A stretch of 64,000 nucleotides of DNA from an uncultured Clostridia bacterium (GCA_944362545.1 CALVTJ010000005.1:65682-129681), one strand, 5' to 3'; shown: positions 28,067 to 38,179, counted from the stretch's first letter. Numbers and translations are program-made. The notes: a model not told the origin generated them from the sequence alone.

Positions 28067-28894
28067 TCAATGACAATATCTTTCACTATGTTTATCTCGC
28101 CAATCTTTGTCCACCTTGACAAAGAGTTTCAAAAAACACTTTTTTCCCAAAAGATTTTCGACATATTTTCTCGTTTCCTGTCCAAGTTTCTTCAAAACAC
28201 TTCCACCCTTGCCAATGATGATACCTTTGTGCTGTTCTCTTTCGCAAATGATGTTGGCTTCAATTTTGACAAAATCAGTGGTCTCTTCAAATGTTTCAAT
28301 CTCCACTGCCACACCGTGTGGGACTTCTTCGTCCAAATTGTTGAGCAAAAAACCTCTTATTTTTTCGCTTATCAAAAAAGATACACTTCGGTCGGTGTAT
28401 AAATCTTCTTCAAAAATTGGCTGCCCTTCTGGCAAAAGTGAAACAAGCTTGTCCAAAAGGACATCTGTATTTTTTCCATTTTCCACCGAGATTTCAATGG
28501 CGTTCATGTCATTTTTGAGTTGTTCTCTGTCCGCTTTTGTCTGCACTAAAATGAGTTTTTCTACTTTTTCTTTGAGCATCTTTATGTAATCTTGCTCTTC
28601 ATCATCAAGTTCTTTTGTTCCATCAAAAAGATAGAGCACCTCATCCGCACCGGCCATGGCACTGCGCACATTTTTCATCATAAACTTATCTAAATGATTT
28701 TTGCTGTGATGTATGCCTGGCGTGTCGACAAAGACTATTTGATAATCTTCGCCATTTTTGATGCCCAAAATGGAATTTCGTGTTGTCTGCTTCCTGTGCG
28801 AAACGATTGCCACTTCTTCTCCCACAAAAAAGTTTACAAGACTGCTCTTGCCGGCATTTGGTCTGCCCAGCACTGCAACATATCCACACTTCAT
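28067..28894 (-). CDS. era: GTPase Era
   Basis: GRPNAGKSSLVN, DTPG and TKAD motifs, plus a C-terminal KH domain. It overlaps the ybeY stop by 4 nt. Confidence 0.92.
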   Translation of the reverse strand: MKCGYVAVLGRPNAGKSSLVNFFVGEEVAIVSHRKQTTRNSILGIKNGEDYQIVFVDTPGIHHSKNHLDKFMMKNVRSAMAGADEVLYLFDGTKELDDEEQDYIKMLKEKVEKLILVQTKADREQLKNDMNAIEISVENGKNTDVLLDKLVSLLPEGQPIFEEDLYTDRSVSFLISEKIRGFLLNNLDEEVPHGVAVEIETFEETTDFVKIEANIICEREQHKGIIIGKGGSVLKKLGQETRKYVENLLGKKCFLKLFVKVDKDWRDKHSERYCH

Positions 28895-29355
28895 CTTTCC
28901 ACTCCAAATTTTGTCATGATTTTGTCCGCAACTGACATCATCTCTTTTTCATCATTTTTTTCAATGTGGTCAAATCCCAAAAGATGCAAAAGTCCATGCA
29001 AAGCCAAATAGCACACCTCGCGTTTTTTGCTGTGACCATATTCTTTTGCCTGCGCATAGGCTATCTTCTTACAAATGACAATATCTCCCAAAAACAGAAC
29101 ACCGTTTTCCTCCCTTTCATTTTCAAAATCAACCAAATGCTGTGTGCTCTTTTTTTCAAGGTTTGGAAATGACAACACATCCGTTGCTCTGTCAATGTTT
29201 CGGAATTTCTTGTTTAAGGTCTGAATTTGCTTGTCACTAACAAAGTTAAGTGAAAGGTTGACTTTGTCAAAGTTCTCCTTCAAAACCTGTCCTGCCATAT
29301 CAAACAATTTTTCTATCTCCTTTTTATAAGGGAAAATCTTTCCATCAACTATCAT
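28891..29355 (-). CDS. ybeY: rRNA maturation endoribonuclease YbeY
   Basis: HGLLHLLGFDH zinc motif. Start taken at ATG 29353-29355 after GGAGGAA. Confidence 0.9.
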   Translation of the reverse strand: MIVDGKIFPYKKEIEKLFDMAGQVLKENFDKVNLSLNFVSDKQIQTLNKKFRNIDRATDVLSFPNLEKKSTQHLVDFENEREENGVLFLGDIVICKKIAYAQAKEYGHSKKREVCYLALHGLLHLLGFDHIEKNDEKEMMSVADKIMTKFGVER

Positions 29356-30478
29356 AAGTTCCTCCAATTTGTTCCTGTGTCACTATGCAATAATTCACAA
29401 TAGTTATGCCTGACAAGTGGCGCAAGGTGTAAAATTCTTCAATTATTGTATCACAATTTTCGCAATTTTCCAACGCTTTTTCTCGTGCTTTTGCGATATA
29501 TTCATCCTGCACATCTTCAAACTTGCTCTCCACCACCTTTTCTTCCAATTCATAATAAATGGTCTTTTTCAGTTTAAATGGCAAAAACAGGTTGTTTGTC
29601 AAATCAATGTTCTCATATTCCACTTCATAAAGCGAAAAATTAACATCCTGTTTAAATTTGTAAATAGAAAGTCCAAAGAGTGTCACTTCACTCTCTTCCA
29701 CTTTCTTGCCTGTGCGCTCGACCTGAATGAAGGACTCATAGTGGTCACAACTGCCTTCATTAAAAACCTGCGCCAAGATTTCCGCCCTTGTCTCCACATG
29801 TTTGACATTGCCAGATGTATCAATCATGTAAGGACTGACCAAAATATCGCCTTTTTGCACAATATCGCCAACTTCCACATTTGCTGTGCCAGAAATTAAG
29901 TCAATTTTTGTAATTTTTCCATCTTTTTGAGCTACAATCGGCGAAAAAGTGCTATACATCTCATCTGGCAAAAGTTTTTCTTTGATGTTCAAGACCAGCG
30001 TTTGTCCTTTTATTATGCAAGAAACAAAACTTATTTCATCAAACTTTTCCATAAGTTTCACTTCCACTTCATCAGTTGCAATGTCACTCTTTCTGCTAGA
30101 AAAGTTATCTTTGACAAATTCCACAACTTCAAACTTGTCCAATTTTTCCGTACCATTGACCTGATATTGCAAAACAAACTGATTTTGCACAAGATAAAAC
30201 ACCAAAAACACCACCACTGCCAGCAAAAGACCATACGCCGAAAGCACTCTTTTGCACTGAAATGCGAGTCCAAAATGCTTGACATCCAAGATCTTGACAT
30301 TGTTGTTCTTTAAGAATTTTTCTACTCTTTTGCTGTCGAAATATGAACATTCAAAACTGCTTTCTAGTTTATTCTTCCTCTCAATCTCTTCAAGTGGCAC
30401 AAGTTTGCATAACTTGCTCAACAACTTTTCTTGATTGAGTGACTGGATGTGAAATTTTGTTCTGTTTCTCATTTTCAT
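29345..30478 (-). CDS. yqfD: Sporulation protein YqfD
   Basis: Central TM (LLLAVVVFLVFYLV) and a beta-rich C-terminal half. It is positioned between yqfC and ybeY. The ATG at 30476-30478 overlaps the yqfC stop (TGATG). Confidence 0.7.
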   Translation of the reverse strand: MKMRNRTKFHIQSLNQEKLLSKLCKLVPLEEIERKNKLESSFECSYFDSKRVEKFLKNNNVKILDVKHFGLAFQCKRVLSAYGLLLAVVVFLVFYLVQNQFVLQYQVNGTEKLDKFEVVEFVKDNFSSRKSDIATDEVEVKLMEKFDEISFVSCIIKGQTLVLNIKEKLLPDEMYSTFSPIVAQKDGKITKIDLISGTANVEVGDIVQKGDILVSPYMIDTSGNVKHVETRAEILAQVFNEGSCDHYESFIQVERTGKKVEESEVTLFGLSIYKFKQDVNFSLYEVEYENIDLTNNLFLPFKLKKTIYYELEEKVVESKFEDVQDEYIAKAREKALENCENCDTIIEEFYTLRHLSGITIVNYCIVTQEQIGGTYDS

Positions 30479-30735
30479 CAAACTTGTTCCACCTTTTTGA
30501 TAATACCGCAAATCTTCAAAGTGTTTTCACTAAGTTCTGCCAAAATCATGTTTTGCCCCTCAACGATAATCACTCCGCCCTTGACCTTGAATGAAACAAG
30601 TTCTTTTGAAAGCGTGACAAGCCCAAGATGTCCTTCCACATAGAGCAAATGCCCGGCAACATTAATGAGATTGAACGAATCGAGTTCAAGTGGAGTCCTA
30701 ATATTTTCTTTGATTTCTTCCAAAAAATTGAACAT
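30478..30735 (-). CDS. yqfC: YabP/YqfC-family sporulation protein
   Basis: 85 aa reading LLYVEGHLGLVTLSKELVSFKVKGGVIIVEGQNMILAELSENTLKICG. AGGTGAT RBS. Confidence 0.75.
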   Translation of the reverse strand: MFNFLEEIKENIRTPLELDSFNLINVAGHLLYVEGHLGLVTLSKELVSFKVKGGVIIVEGQNMILAELSENTLKICGIIKKVEQV

Positions 30736-30832
30736 ACATCACCTAACAGTTTGAGATATTGCGAGAATACTTCAAACTATTATATGAACCAACATTTCAC
30801 ATAAGACGCCAAAATAAAAAAGGACCAAATTT

Positions 30833-31504
30833 TCAGTCCTTTTTGTCATCATCATCCTTTTTCTTTAAAATGTCGTGTTTGACAATTTCTCGTGCCTTTG
30901 GAGAGAGTTCTTTCATAAGTTCTGCAAAATCTTCATCATCCAAATCTTCATCTTCTGCATCATCCACCTGTGTGAGGGGTCCCAACTCTTCGACAATGTC
31001 ATTGGAATAATCCTCTTCATCATCTTCCAAATTTTCTCTCAAAAATTTTTCATATTCCGCAAACTTGTCATCATAATACTCATCAAGATTTTCTTCTTTT
31101 TCTTCAACCTTCCTTTGAGGCTCTTGCATTTTCTTTGTTGTGAAAACATGTCTAAAATTTTCAGTGCTTTTCTTTGTCATTTCTTCTTTTTTCGGTTTAT
31201 CATCCAGCGAAAAGGCTTCAAATTGTGCTTCTTCAAATTTGTCTTCTGGTTTGATTTCCTTTTTTACTTCCACAGGTTTAACAACATTTTCAACAGGCAG
31301 TGTTTTGTCTTTCTTTTGCTGTTTCACATTGTTTTTTACGGCAATTTGGCTTGAAACTTTCTTTTTTGATAACTTGCCTGTCTTTTCTTTTTCTCCCATT
31401 TTAAAGGCATCTAAACGTTTTTTTTCATTTCGTGCTTTGACAACAAAGAACAGCACAATGCACAGTAGTACCAAAACAATTGCACCAATATAAATCGGAA
31501 TCAT
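30833..31504 (-). CDS. Single-pass membrane protein with a Lys-rich then highly acidic low-complexity tail
   Basis: Start taken at MIPIYIGAIVLVLLCIVLFFVV after AAGGTGG. It lies immediately downstream of floA. Confidence 0.55.
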   Translation of the reverse strand: MIPIYIGAIVLVLLCIVLFFVVKARNEKKRLDAFKMGEKEKTGKLSKKKVSSQIAVKNNVKQQKKDKTLPVENVVKPVEVKKEIKPEDKFEEAQFEAFSLDDKPKKEEMTKKSTENFRHVFTTKKMQEPQRKVEEKEENLDEYYDDKFAEYEKFLRENLEDDEEDYSNDIVEELGPLTQVDDAEDEDLDDEDFAELMKELSPKAREIVKHDILKKKDDDDKKD

Positions 31505-31550
31505 TTTTCCACCTTCACCTTTCATAAATTTTTTAACTGCAACAATTTTT

Positions 31551-32534
31551 CTAGTCATTTGAAGAATCTTTCTTGCCTGCTAACTTTCGTCTCATATCTG
31601 TGTCTGCCTGCAAATTTTGAAGTTTGTAATAGTCCACAACATCCTTCATTTTCCCTTCTTTAATGGCTTGCACAACCGCCTTTGGCACTTCTGCTTCCTG
31701 TTCTATGACTTTCAACTTCATTTCTTCCGCTTTTGCCTTCATTTCCTGTTCCACTGCCACTGCAACAAGCCGGCGATGTTCAAGTTGGTTGGCATCCAAC
31801 AGTCTGCTCTTTTCAATTTTTTCTTTTTCCAGAGAAAGTCCCCTGTTTGTGCCAAGGTCAGCATGGATGACATCGGCGGAAACTAATTCGTATTTTGCGC
31901 CCATATCAATTTCAGCATCAAAAATAGCCTTGTCAATAAGTTGTGGCTTTGCCACCAAGTCACTTGCCTTTGGCGTGTTGGCAATCTTTGTGACCACCGC
32001 TTCCACCGCTCTTGCAGAGATTGTATCTTCAGTCACTCCGGTCAAGAAATTTTTGATATTTACCTTCAATGTCAACGAAACTTTGACATTAACTTCAAAA
32101 TTATCTTGTGCAACAGAAGAGATAAGTGGAAGTTCAATGATTTTAGGATTTATACATTCTCTCACCACTTCCAAAACATCTCTGCCAGAAATGTCCACTG
32201 CTTTTGCAAATTCGAAGTCAAAATTGAGTTTGGCATTTTTCGAAGCGTTAACCCCCTCAACCACCTTCAATGGATGTCCACCACTTGTGGAAACGACCTC
32301 AAGGTCAGCAAGTGAAACGACAAGTTTTGACCTTTTTGCCAAGATATAAGCATCCACAATCTCATCCAATTTTTCTTTGCGTAATTTCATGCTAATGCTT
32401 TTGAAAAGAGGAATATATGCCCTTGAAAAGAGTGCAACAAAAAACGCACGCCTTGGCATCAAAATCAAAAGCACTGTCACAAAAATGACAAGCAAGCACG
32501 CGAGTATAATCAAAACAATATAACCAGCATTCAC
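31551..32534 (-). CDS. floA: Flotillin-like protein FloA (UPF0365/YqfA)
   Basis: N-terminal membrane hairpin, SPFH-like core and C-terminal coiled coil (EQEMKAKAEEMKLKVIEQEAEVPKAV). GTG start after AGGAGA. Confidence 0.85.
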   Translation of the reverse strand: MNAGYIVLIILACLLVIFVTVLLILMPRRAFFVALFSRAYIPLFKSISMKLRKEKLDEIVDAYILAKRSKLVVSLADLEVVSTSGGHPLKVVEGVNASKNAKLNFDFEFAKAVDISGRDVLEVVRECINPKIIELPLISSVAQDNFEVNVKVSLTLKVNIKNFLTGVTEDTISARAVEAVVTKIANTPKASDLVAKPQLIDKAIFDAEIDMGAKYELVSADVIHADLGTNRGLSLEKEKIEKSRLLDANQLEHRRLVAVAVEQEMKAKAEEMKLKVIEQEAEVPKAVVQAIKEGKMKDVVDYYKLQNLQADTDMRRKLAGKKDSSND

Positions 32535-32633
32535 AACATTTCTCCTGCAATGATATTTCGTTTAATTATATCACAAAAGACCACAGATGTCCATATGAAT
32601 TTTTGAAAGCGGAAAATAAAAAACGCATAATTT

Positions 32634-32668
32634 ACAAAAAAAAGTAGTGAAACAATTTTCCACTACTT
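32634..32668 (-). terminator. Intrinsic terminator after lipoprotein gene 32701-34758
   Basis: Minus strand stem AGTAGTG...CACTACT, then a long T-run. Confidence 0.7.
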
Positions 32669-32700
32669 TGATTTAATTGATTGAAGAGTCTCTCATTTGA

Positions 32701-34758
32701 CTAATTGTCATAAACTCCCCACCACCATAATGAAACTTTAAAGTTGTAATTTATGTTTGGAGTGTTTTTGTCTTTGACAATGTCGAAGTAAACCTCAATG
32801 AAATCGCAAGCCTCATCGCCCGCTGCACTTTGAGAGAATTTGCTCTCATCAAGTGTGTAATATGTGCCATAAGATGAAGAAGGATTGCTCTTATACCAAT
32901 CTCTTGCATCACTTGAGCCGGTGATGAGTTGTGAATAATAACTCTCGTTGACCTGTGTGCCCGAAACGAATGGATTGATAACCCCATTACCAATGTTGTT
33001 GTTAAACTGTGACTTGATGGAAATTGGCTCAGGGAATTTAAGGTCATATTGGTCAGGATCTATATCACTATATCCCATGCTGACATAATTGATGTCCGGA
33101 GTTTCCCCTTCAATGTCACCATTTTTGCCATACAAAATTTCTTTTTGCACAACACCAAGATCAGTCAACAGTCCCTCGCCGTTGTTTGCCGAGCAGTCGA
33201 AATATCTTAGCCCCACATTGATAGTAATAGACTCTGCCATAACCTTTGTTGGATCAGGATTTTCATAATACTCAAACGCAAGGAAAATGTCTTGCAATGT
33301 TCCGCCAAGGTCTTCATCATTTGGATAGATAATTAAGTCTTGATATTCAGCGGCCTCAATATACATAAATAACTCTTCATCCGAATCTTCGCCATTTACT
33401 TCATGGTTTTGGAAGAAGTAGTCTCCCGCATATTCCGCAATCTCCGAAATTGGATAAGCATTGTCAAGAGTCAAGTTTGTTCCATCTTCTCTTCTGCCAA
33501 TCGGCGCTTGACTGCAAGCGTAATTTACGATGTTTTCCACAATCTTGTCATAGTTTCGGTTGAAAGTCAATGATGTTTCATCAACCGCCGGCAAGTTTAC
33601 ATTGTTTTCATCTTTCCTAATACCCTGTCTTGTCACTTCAAGGACACCTTGACTCATGGCATTTTCGCCGATAATTTGGTCTTTGATAAATCTTATGATT
33701 TGTTCTTTGATTGTGTTTGTTATGCCGACAATGTTTCCTTGCTCGACATATCTTTCTTTAACCCTGTCAAGAGCATCTCCAATGCTGATTGGATTTGTTT
33801 CCCAACCACCAACAGTGATGTTTTGCACAATGCCATTTGCGTTATACTCAATGTTGAAATCAAAGAACGGTGCATCCTCACTTACATTGCCCGCGGCATC
33901 CACATAATCATATCCAAGCACAAACAAATAGGTTGCATATTCAAGTGCATCTTGAAAGTAGTTTAGCAAACTTGACACACCTTGCCCTGCAACATTGATA
34001 TCATAATATGGCGAGGTGTAATAATTTGTCACATTTTCCACCCCTTCTTTTAGCACCCGATTGCCAAAATATACCTCACTGTAAGAAGGTATAAAGTTTC
34101 TTCCATTATCCAAAGCATTGTTAATAACATCAAACAAATCACTGCCATTGATAGTGACTATCAAATTGTTCTCAACTCTTTCAATAGAAACTTCATCCGG
34201 CGAGACTTCTTTCAACAGATAAAACATATTTTCATATCTGTTTGTATTGGCAGTTGTGTCATTTCTGTTTGTAGCATCGTTTTCAATGCTCCAATTCCAC
34301 GCATAACTTGTGTCAACAGTAAACACCTGTTTTTCTACTCCACCCGCACGGTCATAAGTCGTCTCAATGTTTGTAATGGAATATCTCAAACTGTCATAGA
34401 GAAAATATTGATTGTCTCCTGTAAAAGTTGTATATGTTTCTCCTTGTGTTAAATCAATATCAGCAAATATCGTATCTGCCGAATCTTCGGTTAGTAAATT
34501 TTGGGCATACACTTCATACAAACTTACCAATATCCTGTCTGCAAAAATGTTGTAATAATATTCAGATGCATACTCTCCAACTGCCTCTGAAAAACTGTAT
34601 TCCGGTGGTCTTTTCAAAACTTTTGTTCCGCCAACAGACTGTGGAAAGTCATCACTGCCACCACCTATGCTGGACATTCCACCATCACATCCCACCAAAA
34701 ACAAAAACATAAAACAAAATAAAATTGACAAAATTTTTATGTTTTTTCTCTTTTTCAT
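32701..34758 (-). CDS. Large orphan lipoprotein (685 aa), no recognisable domain
   Basis: MKKRKNIKILSILFCFMFLFLVGC lipobox. Asn/Tyr/Asp-rich. No SD; a promoter abuts the ATG. Confidence 0.7.
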   Translation of the reverse strand: MKKRKNIKILSILFCFMFLFLVGCDGGMSSIGGGSDDFPQSVGGTKVLKRPPEYSFSEAVGEYASEYYYNIFADRILVSLYEVYAQNLLTEDSADTIFADIDLTQGETYTTFTGDNQYFLYDSLRYSITNIETTYDRAGGVEKQVFTVDTSYAWNWSIENDATNRNDTTANTNRYENMFYLLKEVSPDEVSIERVENNLIVTINGSDLFDVINNALDNGRNFIPSYSEVYFGNRVLKEGVENVTNYYTSPYYDINVAGQGVSSLLNYFQDALEYATYLFVLGYDYVDAAGNVSEDAPFFDFNIEYNANGIVQNITVGGWETNPISIGDALDRVKERYVEQGNIVGITNTIKEQIIRFIKDQIIGENAMSQGVLEVTRQGIRKDENNVNLPAVDETSLTFNRNYDKIVENIVNYACSQAPIGRREDGTNLTLDNAYPISEIAEYAGDYFFQNHEVNGEDSDEELFMYIEAAEYQDLIIYPNDEDLGGTLQDIFLAFEYYENPDPTKVMAESITINVGLRYFDCSANNGEGLLTDLGVVQKEILYGKNGDIEGETPDINYVSMGYSDIDPDQYDLKFPEPISIKSQFNNNIGNGVINPFVSGTQVNESYYSQLITGSSDARDWYKSNPSSSYGTYYTLDESKFSQSAAGDEACDFIEVYFDIVKDKNTPNINYNFKVSLWWWGVYDN

Positions 34759-34764
34759 GTATTT

Positions 34765-34793
34765 ATAATACCACAATCGCTCAAAAAAAACAA
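34765..34793 (-). promoter_or_regulatory. Extended -10 promoter abutting the lipoprotein start (leaderless configuration)
   Basis: Minus strand reads TTGTTT (34788-34793), 17-nt spacer ending in TGG, TATTAT (34765-34770), AAATAC, ATG. Confidence 0.5.
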
Positions 34794-34810
34794 TAATTTA
34801 CACAAAATAA

Positions 34811-34840
34811 CAAAAAAAGAGAATTTTTATAATTCTCTTT
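34811..34840 (-). terminator. Intrinsic terminator overlapping the stop codon of gene 34827-36821
   Basis: Minus strand AAAGAGAATT-ATAA-AAATTCTCT, then TTTTTTG. Confidence 0.65.
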
Positions 34841-36821
34841 CCTTTTCTTCATGTTTCTTTTCAACATAAGAAACAGGTTTTTGTGCAGAATAATTTTCAA
34901 TGGCATTGACATTTTCTTTTTCATTATATAATGCAAGATTTCCGTTGTCAATAGGTGTGTTGTCATACCCTCCTATCAACCATTTTCTATCTTTATTGTT
35001 TATAATATATTCTACAGCTTGCTCTTCCGAGGCTGAATTGACATAAGCACCTATTCTCACAAACTCTACATTTCCATTATTATTCCACAAATAATATTGG
35101 TTCCAATAATAGAGTGTTCCTAAATCAAAACCACCAGGGGAAAATCGAGTTTCCGTTTTAAATCCTAAAAGAATATCTGCATTTTCAACATCATGCTTTT
35201 CTCCAACTTCCTCCAAAATTGATGCTTGAACACCAACATTTGTCAATCTGTCAAGAGCACTTTCTGTCAACCCTGTAAATGCTTCAACTTGTTCTGGTGT
35301 CCCATCCTCTGTTGAGTATTCATATTGAATTATGTCTCCACGTCGAATGAGATAATCTTGGTTTGTTTCCAACAAAGCCTTAAAGTCAGATATATTATTT
35401 TTACTATCATCTGCCAAAAACGATTGCCATTGGTTTTCATCATAATATAAATTCAAAAAGCGCTTAACCGGATTGTCATTAACATATTCAAGTACACCAA
35501 ATTGCAATTCTCCTGCGGATGGTTGAACATAAGCAAGTTTAATAAGTGTATGACCATCAAGCCATCCACCTTCATTATAGAATTTTTCAAACCATGTCTG
35601 ACCATTTCCAACATCAGCATTGAGTGCTTTGACAATCGTTTCGGTGTCAAACACTTTGTTTCCATCTTGGTCGATTGTGTAAATTTCTTCATCTTCATCA
35701 ACAGGTGGAGGGGTAATTTCCGATTCATTCACAATCAAACTTGCATCCGGCAATGTGATATTTGTTGACCCAACATCATAAACTTCATAATCGTTTACAT
35801 TTCCATCAATAGTGATTCTGTCTTCGCCCAAAACAAGTGCGACATCATCATCGTTCAATATTCCATAAATTGTGCCATTTATATAATCAATATTTGTCCA
35901 AGTTGCTGTTTCCAAGCCATTCAAAATCAAGTTGTCAACATCAATCTCTTCTGCCTCAGTCTTGTGCCATTTGTTGTCATTGGTGTTGAAATCAAGTCGA
36001 TATGATTTGCCATCTTCGACAATATAATAATAGCCATTTTCTTCTTGCTTGTCAGGAACAATAAAAAGATTGTCGACATTGACATAATATACAGCATCCC
36101 CTGATCGACCATTTGCTTCAAGAGTGTAGTTCCCTTCTCTCATTCTTTCAATAAAAGCATTGATTTCATCTTCTGGAATATGGTCATATTTGATAATCTC
36201 TTCATATCTTGGCATTTCAATTTCTGTTGTGCCAATGTCCAAGACATTTCTTCTTAACTTTTCACCATAAATATAAATGTCATCATCTCTTATATACAAT
36301 TTAACAGGTTCTCCTGCCACTGTCCCTATGAATCTCTCTCCCTCTTTATCATAATCTGTCCATGTGGCAGACACTAAATCATCATAAATGAGAGTGTCAA
36401 TATCAATATCTGTTGCTTCACTCTTTATCCAAAGAGATGTTGAGTTGTCATACACCAAATCATAAGATTCTTCATCATCTTTGACATGAATGACATGATC
36501 CCCATAACCCCGATCCACTTCAACATTGCCATCATCAATCTTGTAGGTTATTAATGTGTCACCGTTTTCATAATAAGTGTAGTTTCCATCTTTCATTTTG
36601 TCAAGCAATGCATCAATCTGTTCAGTAGGAATGTATGGATCAACAACTGGTGGATCTGTTATAATTGGATCTGGCGTGTCTGTTGGACCACAGCCGACAA
36701 GTGTCATTGCTCCGGCAAAAAGACCCAAAGTTGCAAGCCCCGCTGCCAATTTTGCCACTACTCTTGAGCGTTTTACACACCCTTCATTTAATTTTTTTTG
36801 TTTGAAATCCCCTTTTTTCAT
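34827..36821 (-). CDS. Large orphan lipoprotein (664 aa) with a tandem ~140-aa internal duplication
   Basis: Start at ATG 36819-36821 after AAAGGGGA. Lipobox LVGC. Two homologous modules begin IPTEQIDALLDKMKDGNYT and IPEDEINAFIERMREGNYT. Confidence 0.7.
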   Translation of the reverse strand: MKKGDFKQKKLNEGCVKRSRVVAKLAAGLATLGLFAGAMTLVGCGPTDTPDPIITDPPVVDPYIPTEQIDALLDKMKDGNYTYYENGDTLITYKIDDGNVEVDRGYGDHVIHVKDDEESYDLVYDNSTSLWIKSEATDIDIDTLIYDDLVSATWTDYDKEGERFIGTVAGEPVKLYIRDDDIYIYGEKLRRNVLDIGTTEIEMPRYEEIIKYDHIPEDEINAFIERMREGNYTLEANGRSGDAVYYVNVDNLFIVPDKQEENGYYYIVEDGKSYRLDFNTNDNKWHKTEAEEIDVDNLILNGLETATWTNIDYINGTIYGILNDDDVALVLGEDRITIDGNVNDYEVYDVGSTNITLPDASLIVNESEITPPPVDEDEEIYTIDQDGNKVFDTETIVKALNADVGNGQTWFEKFYNEGGWLDGHTLIKLAYVQPSAGELQFGVLEYVNDNPVKRFLNLYYDENQWQSFLADDSKNNISDFKALLETNQDYLIRRGDIIQYEYSTEDGTPEQVEAFTGLTESALDRLTNVGVQASILEEVGEKHDVENADILLGFKTETRFSPGGFDLGTLYYWNQYYLWNNNGNVEFVRIGAYVNSASEEQAVEYIINNKDRKWLIGGYDNTPIDNGNLALYNEKENVNAIENYSAQKPVSYVEKKHEEKEREL

Positions 36822-36904
36822 TTCTATATCCCCTTTTACATCATATATTTTATCACACCTTGCAAAATTTTTCAATACATTTTTTACCAATTTAGTCATC
36901 AGCT

Positions 36905-37738
36905 TTATTTTTCAACATTGCTAGCGCGCATGAAATAAAATAAATATTGCTGTGCATATCCGGAAAGTTCTCCAAATTCGGCAGTTAATTTGTGTCTGAT
37001 TTGCTCTCTGTTGTCCAAGTGTTCGTAAAATTTGTTATACATCTGATGTATCCATGTGTCCACCGGAAAAACATCACCTTTGCCATAACCAAAAAGCAAA
37101 ACACAGTCCGCCACTTTTGGACCAACTCCGGCAAGTTCAATCAGTTTTGTTCGAAGTTGTGTGGTATCCAAACCCTTCCACTCATCCAAAGTCTTTTCAT
37201 CAACCTGTCTTAAAACTTTAAACAGATATTTTGCACGATAGCCTGCTCCAATGTCCAAGAAAAACTTTTCATCTGCATTTAACAACTGTTCTCGCGTTGG
37301 AAAAGCATAATAATTTGCCTTTTTAGTACCTAAGTTTTCGCGAATTCTGTTCAAAATCACTTGAATGCGCTTGATGTTGTTGTTTGCCGAAACTATAAAT
37401 GAAATCAGCGTTTCAAAAATGTTTTGTTTCAAAATTCTGATACCATGTCCAAATTTGATTGGCTCTTTCAAAATTGAGAATTTGGACAGTTCTCTTTTGA
37501 TTTTTCCGTAATCGGTTTTTAAATCAAAATAATTTTCGAAGTATTTTGGTGATGTGGTTTCAATCAAAAACCCATCTTTCGTTTCTTCCACCTTTGCCAT
37601 TTTGTCGGCAGACATAACCAAATAATAACTTCCACAATCTTTATACGAAAAGACCTGCCCACATTCCAAGGTTTGTTTGATGTCAAAATCTTCTTTACCA
37701 AAAATTTTAATATAATTTTTTCCTAACTCGTATCTCAT
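36905..37738 (-). CDS. ogg: 8-oxoguanine DNA glycosylase / AP lyase (HhH-GPD family, Ogg type)
   Basis: LAGVGPKVADCVLLFGYGKGDVFPVDTWI carries the HhH-GPD motif with the catalytic Lys and Asp. Confidence 0.8.
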   Translation of the reverse strand: MRYELGKNYIKIFGKEDFDIKQTLECGQVFSYKDCGSYYLVMSADKMAKVEETKDGFLIETTSPKYFENYFDLKTDYGKIKRELSKFSILKEPIKFGHGIRILKQNIFETLISFIVSANNNIKRIQVILNRIRENLGTKKANYYAFPTREQLLNADEKFFLDIGAGYRAKYLFKVLRQVDEKTLDEWKGLDTTQLRTKLIELAGVGPKVADCVLLFGYGKGDVFPVDTWIHQMYNKFYEHLDNREQIRHKLTAEFGELSGYAQQYLFYFMRASNVEK

Positions 37739-37872
37739 GCAAATCCTTTTTCTTGCGACTTTTAAAGCAAATTATTAATCTTACACATTCAAAATTGAAC
37801 AACTTTCCAAACAAAAAATAAAAAATTTGCAAATTATGACCAAATTTTCACTTTTTGTCTCAAAAATTATGT

Positions 37873-37902
37873 AAAAAAGAAAAAGGGCGTCAAAGCCCTT
37901 TA
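37873..37902 (-). terminator. Intrinsic terminator after rpmA
   Basis: Minus strand AAAGGGC-TTTGAC-GCCCTTT, then a T-run. Confidence 0.7.
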
Positions 37903-37906
37903 ATCT

Positions 37907-38179
37907 TTATTCAGCAACAACTGAAACAATGCTCTTTCCTTTGCTCGTTCCAAAAACGACCTTTCCGTCTTTGGTTGCAAAAAGTGTGTAGTCACGTCCA
38001 AGTCCAACATTTGCACCTGGATAAACCTTTGTTCCTCTCTGTCTAACAATGATGGAACCTGCGGTCACATGTTGTCCGGCATAAGCCTTGACTCCAAGAC
38101 GCTTTGCTTGTGAATCTCTACCGTTTTTGGTGCTTCCGCCACCCTTTTTATGAGCAAAAAGTTGTAAATTAATATACAT
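37907..38179 (-). CDS. rpmA: 50S ribosomal protein L27 with an N-terminal propeptide
   Basis: [23 protein letters not shown]. The Firmicutes-type extension is cleaved by Prp. Confidence 0.95.
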   Translation of the reverse strand: MYINLQLFAHKKGGGSTKNGRDSQAKRLGVKAYAGQHVTAGSIIVRQRGTKVYPGANVGLGRDYTLFATKDGKVVFGTSKGKSIVSVVAE

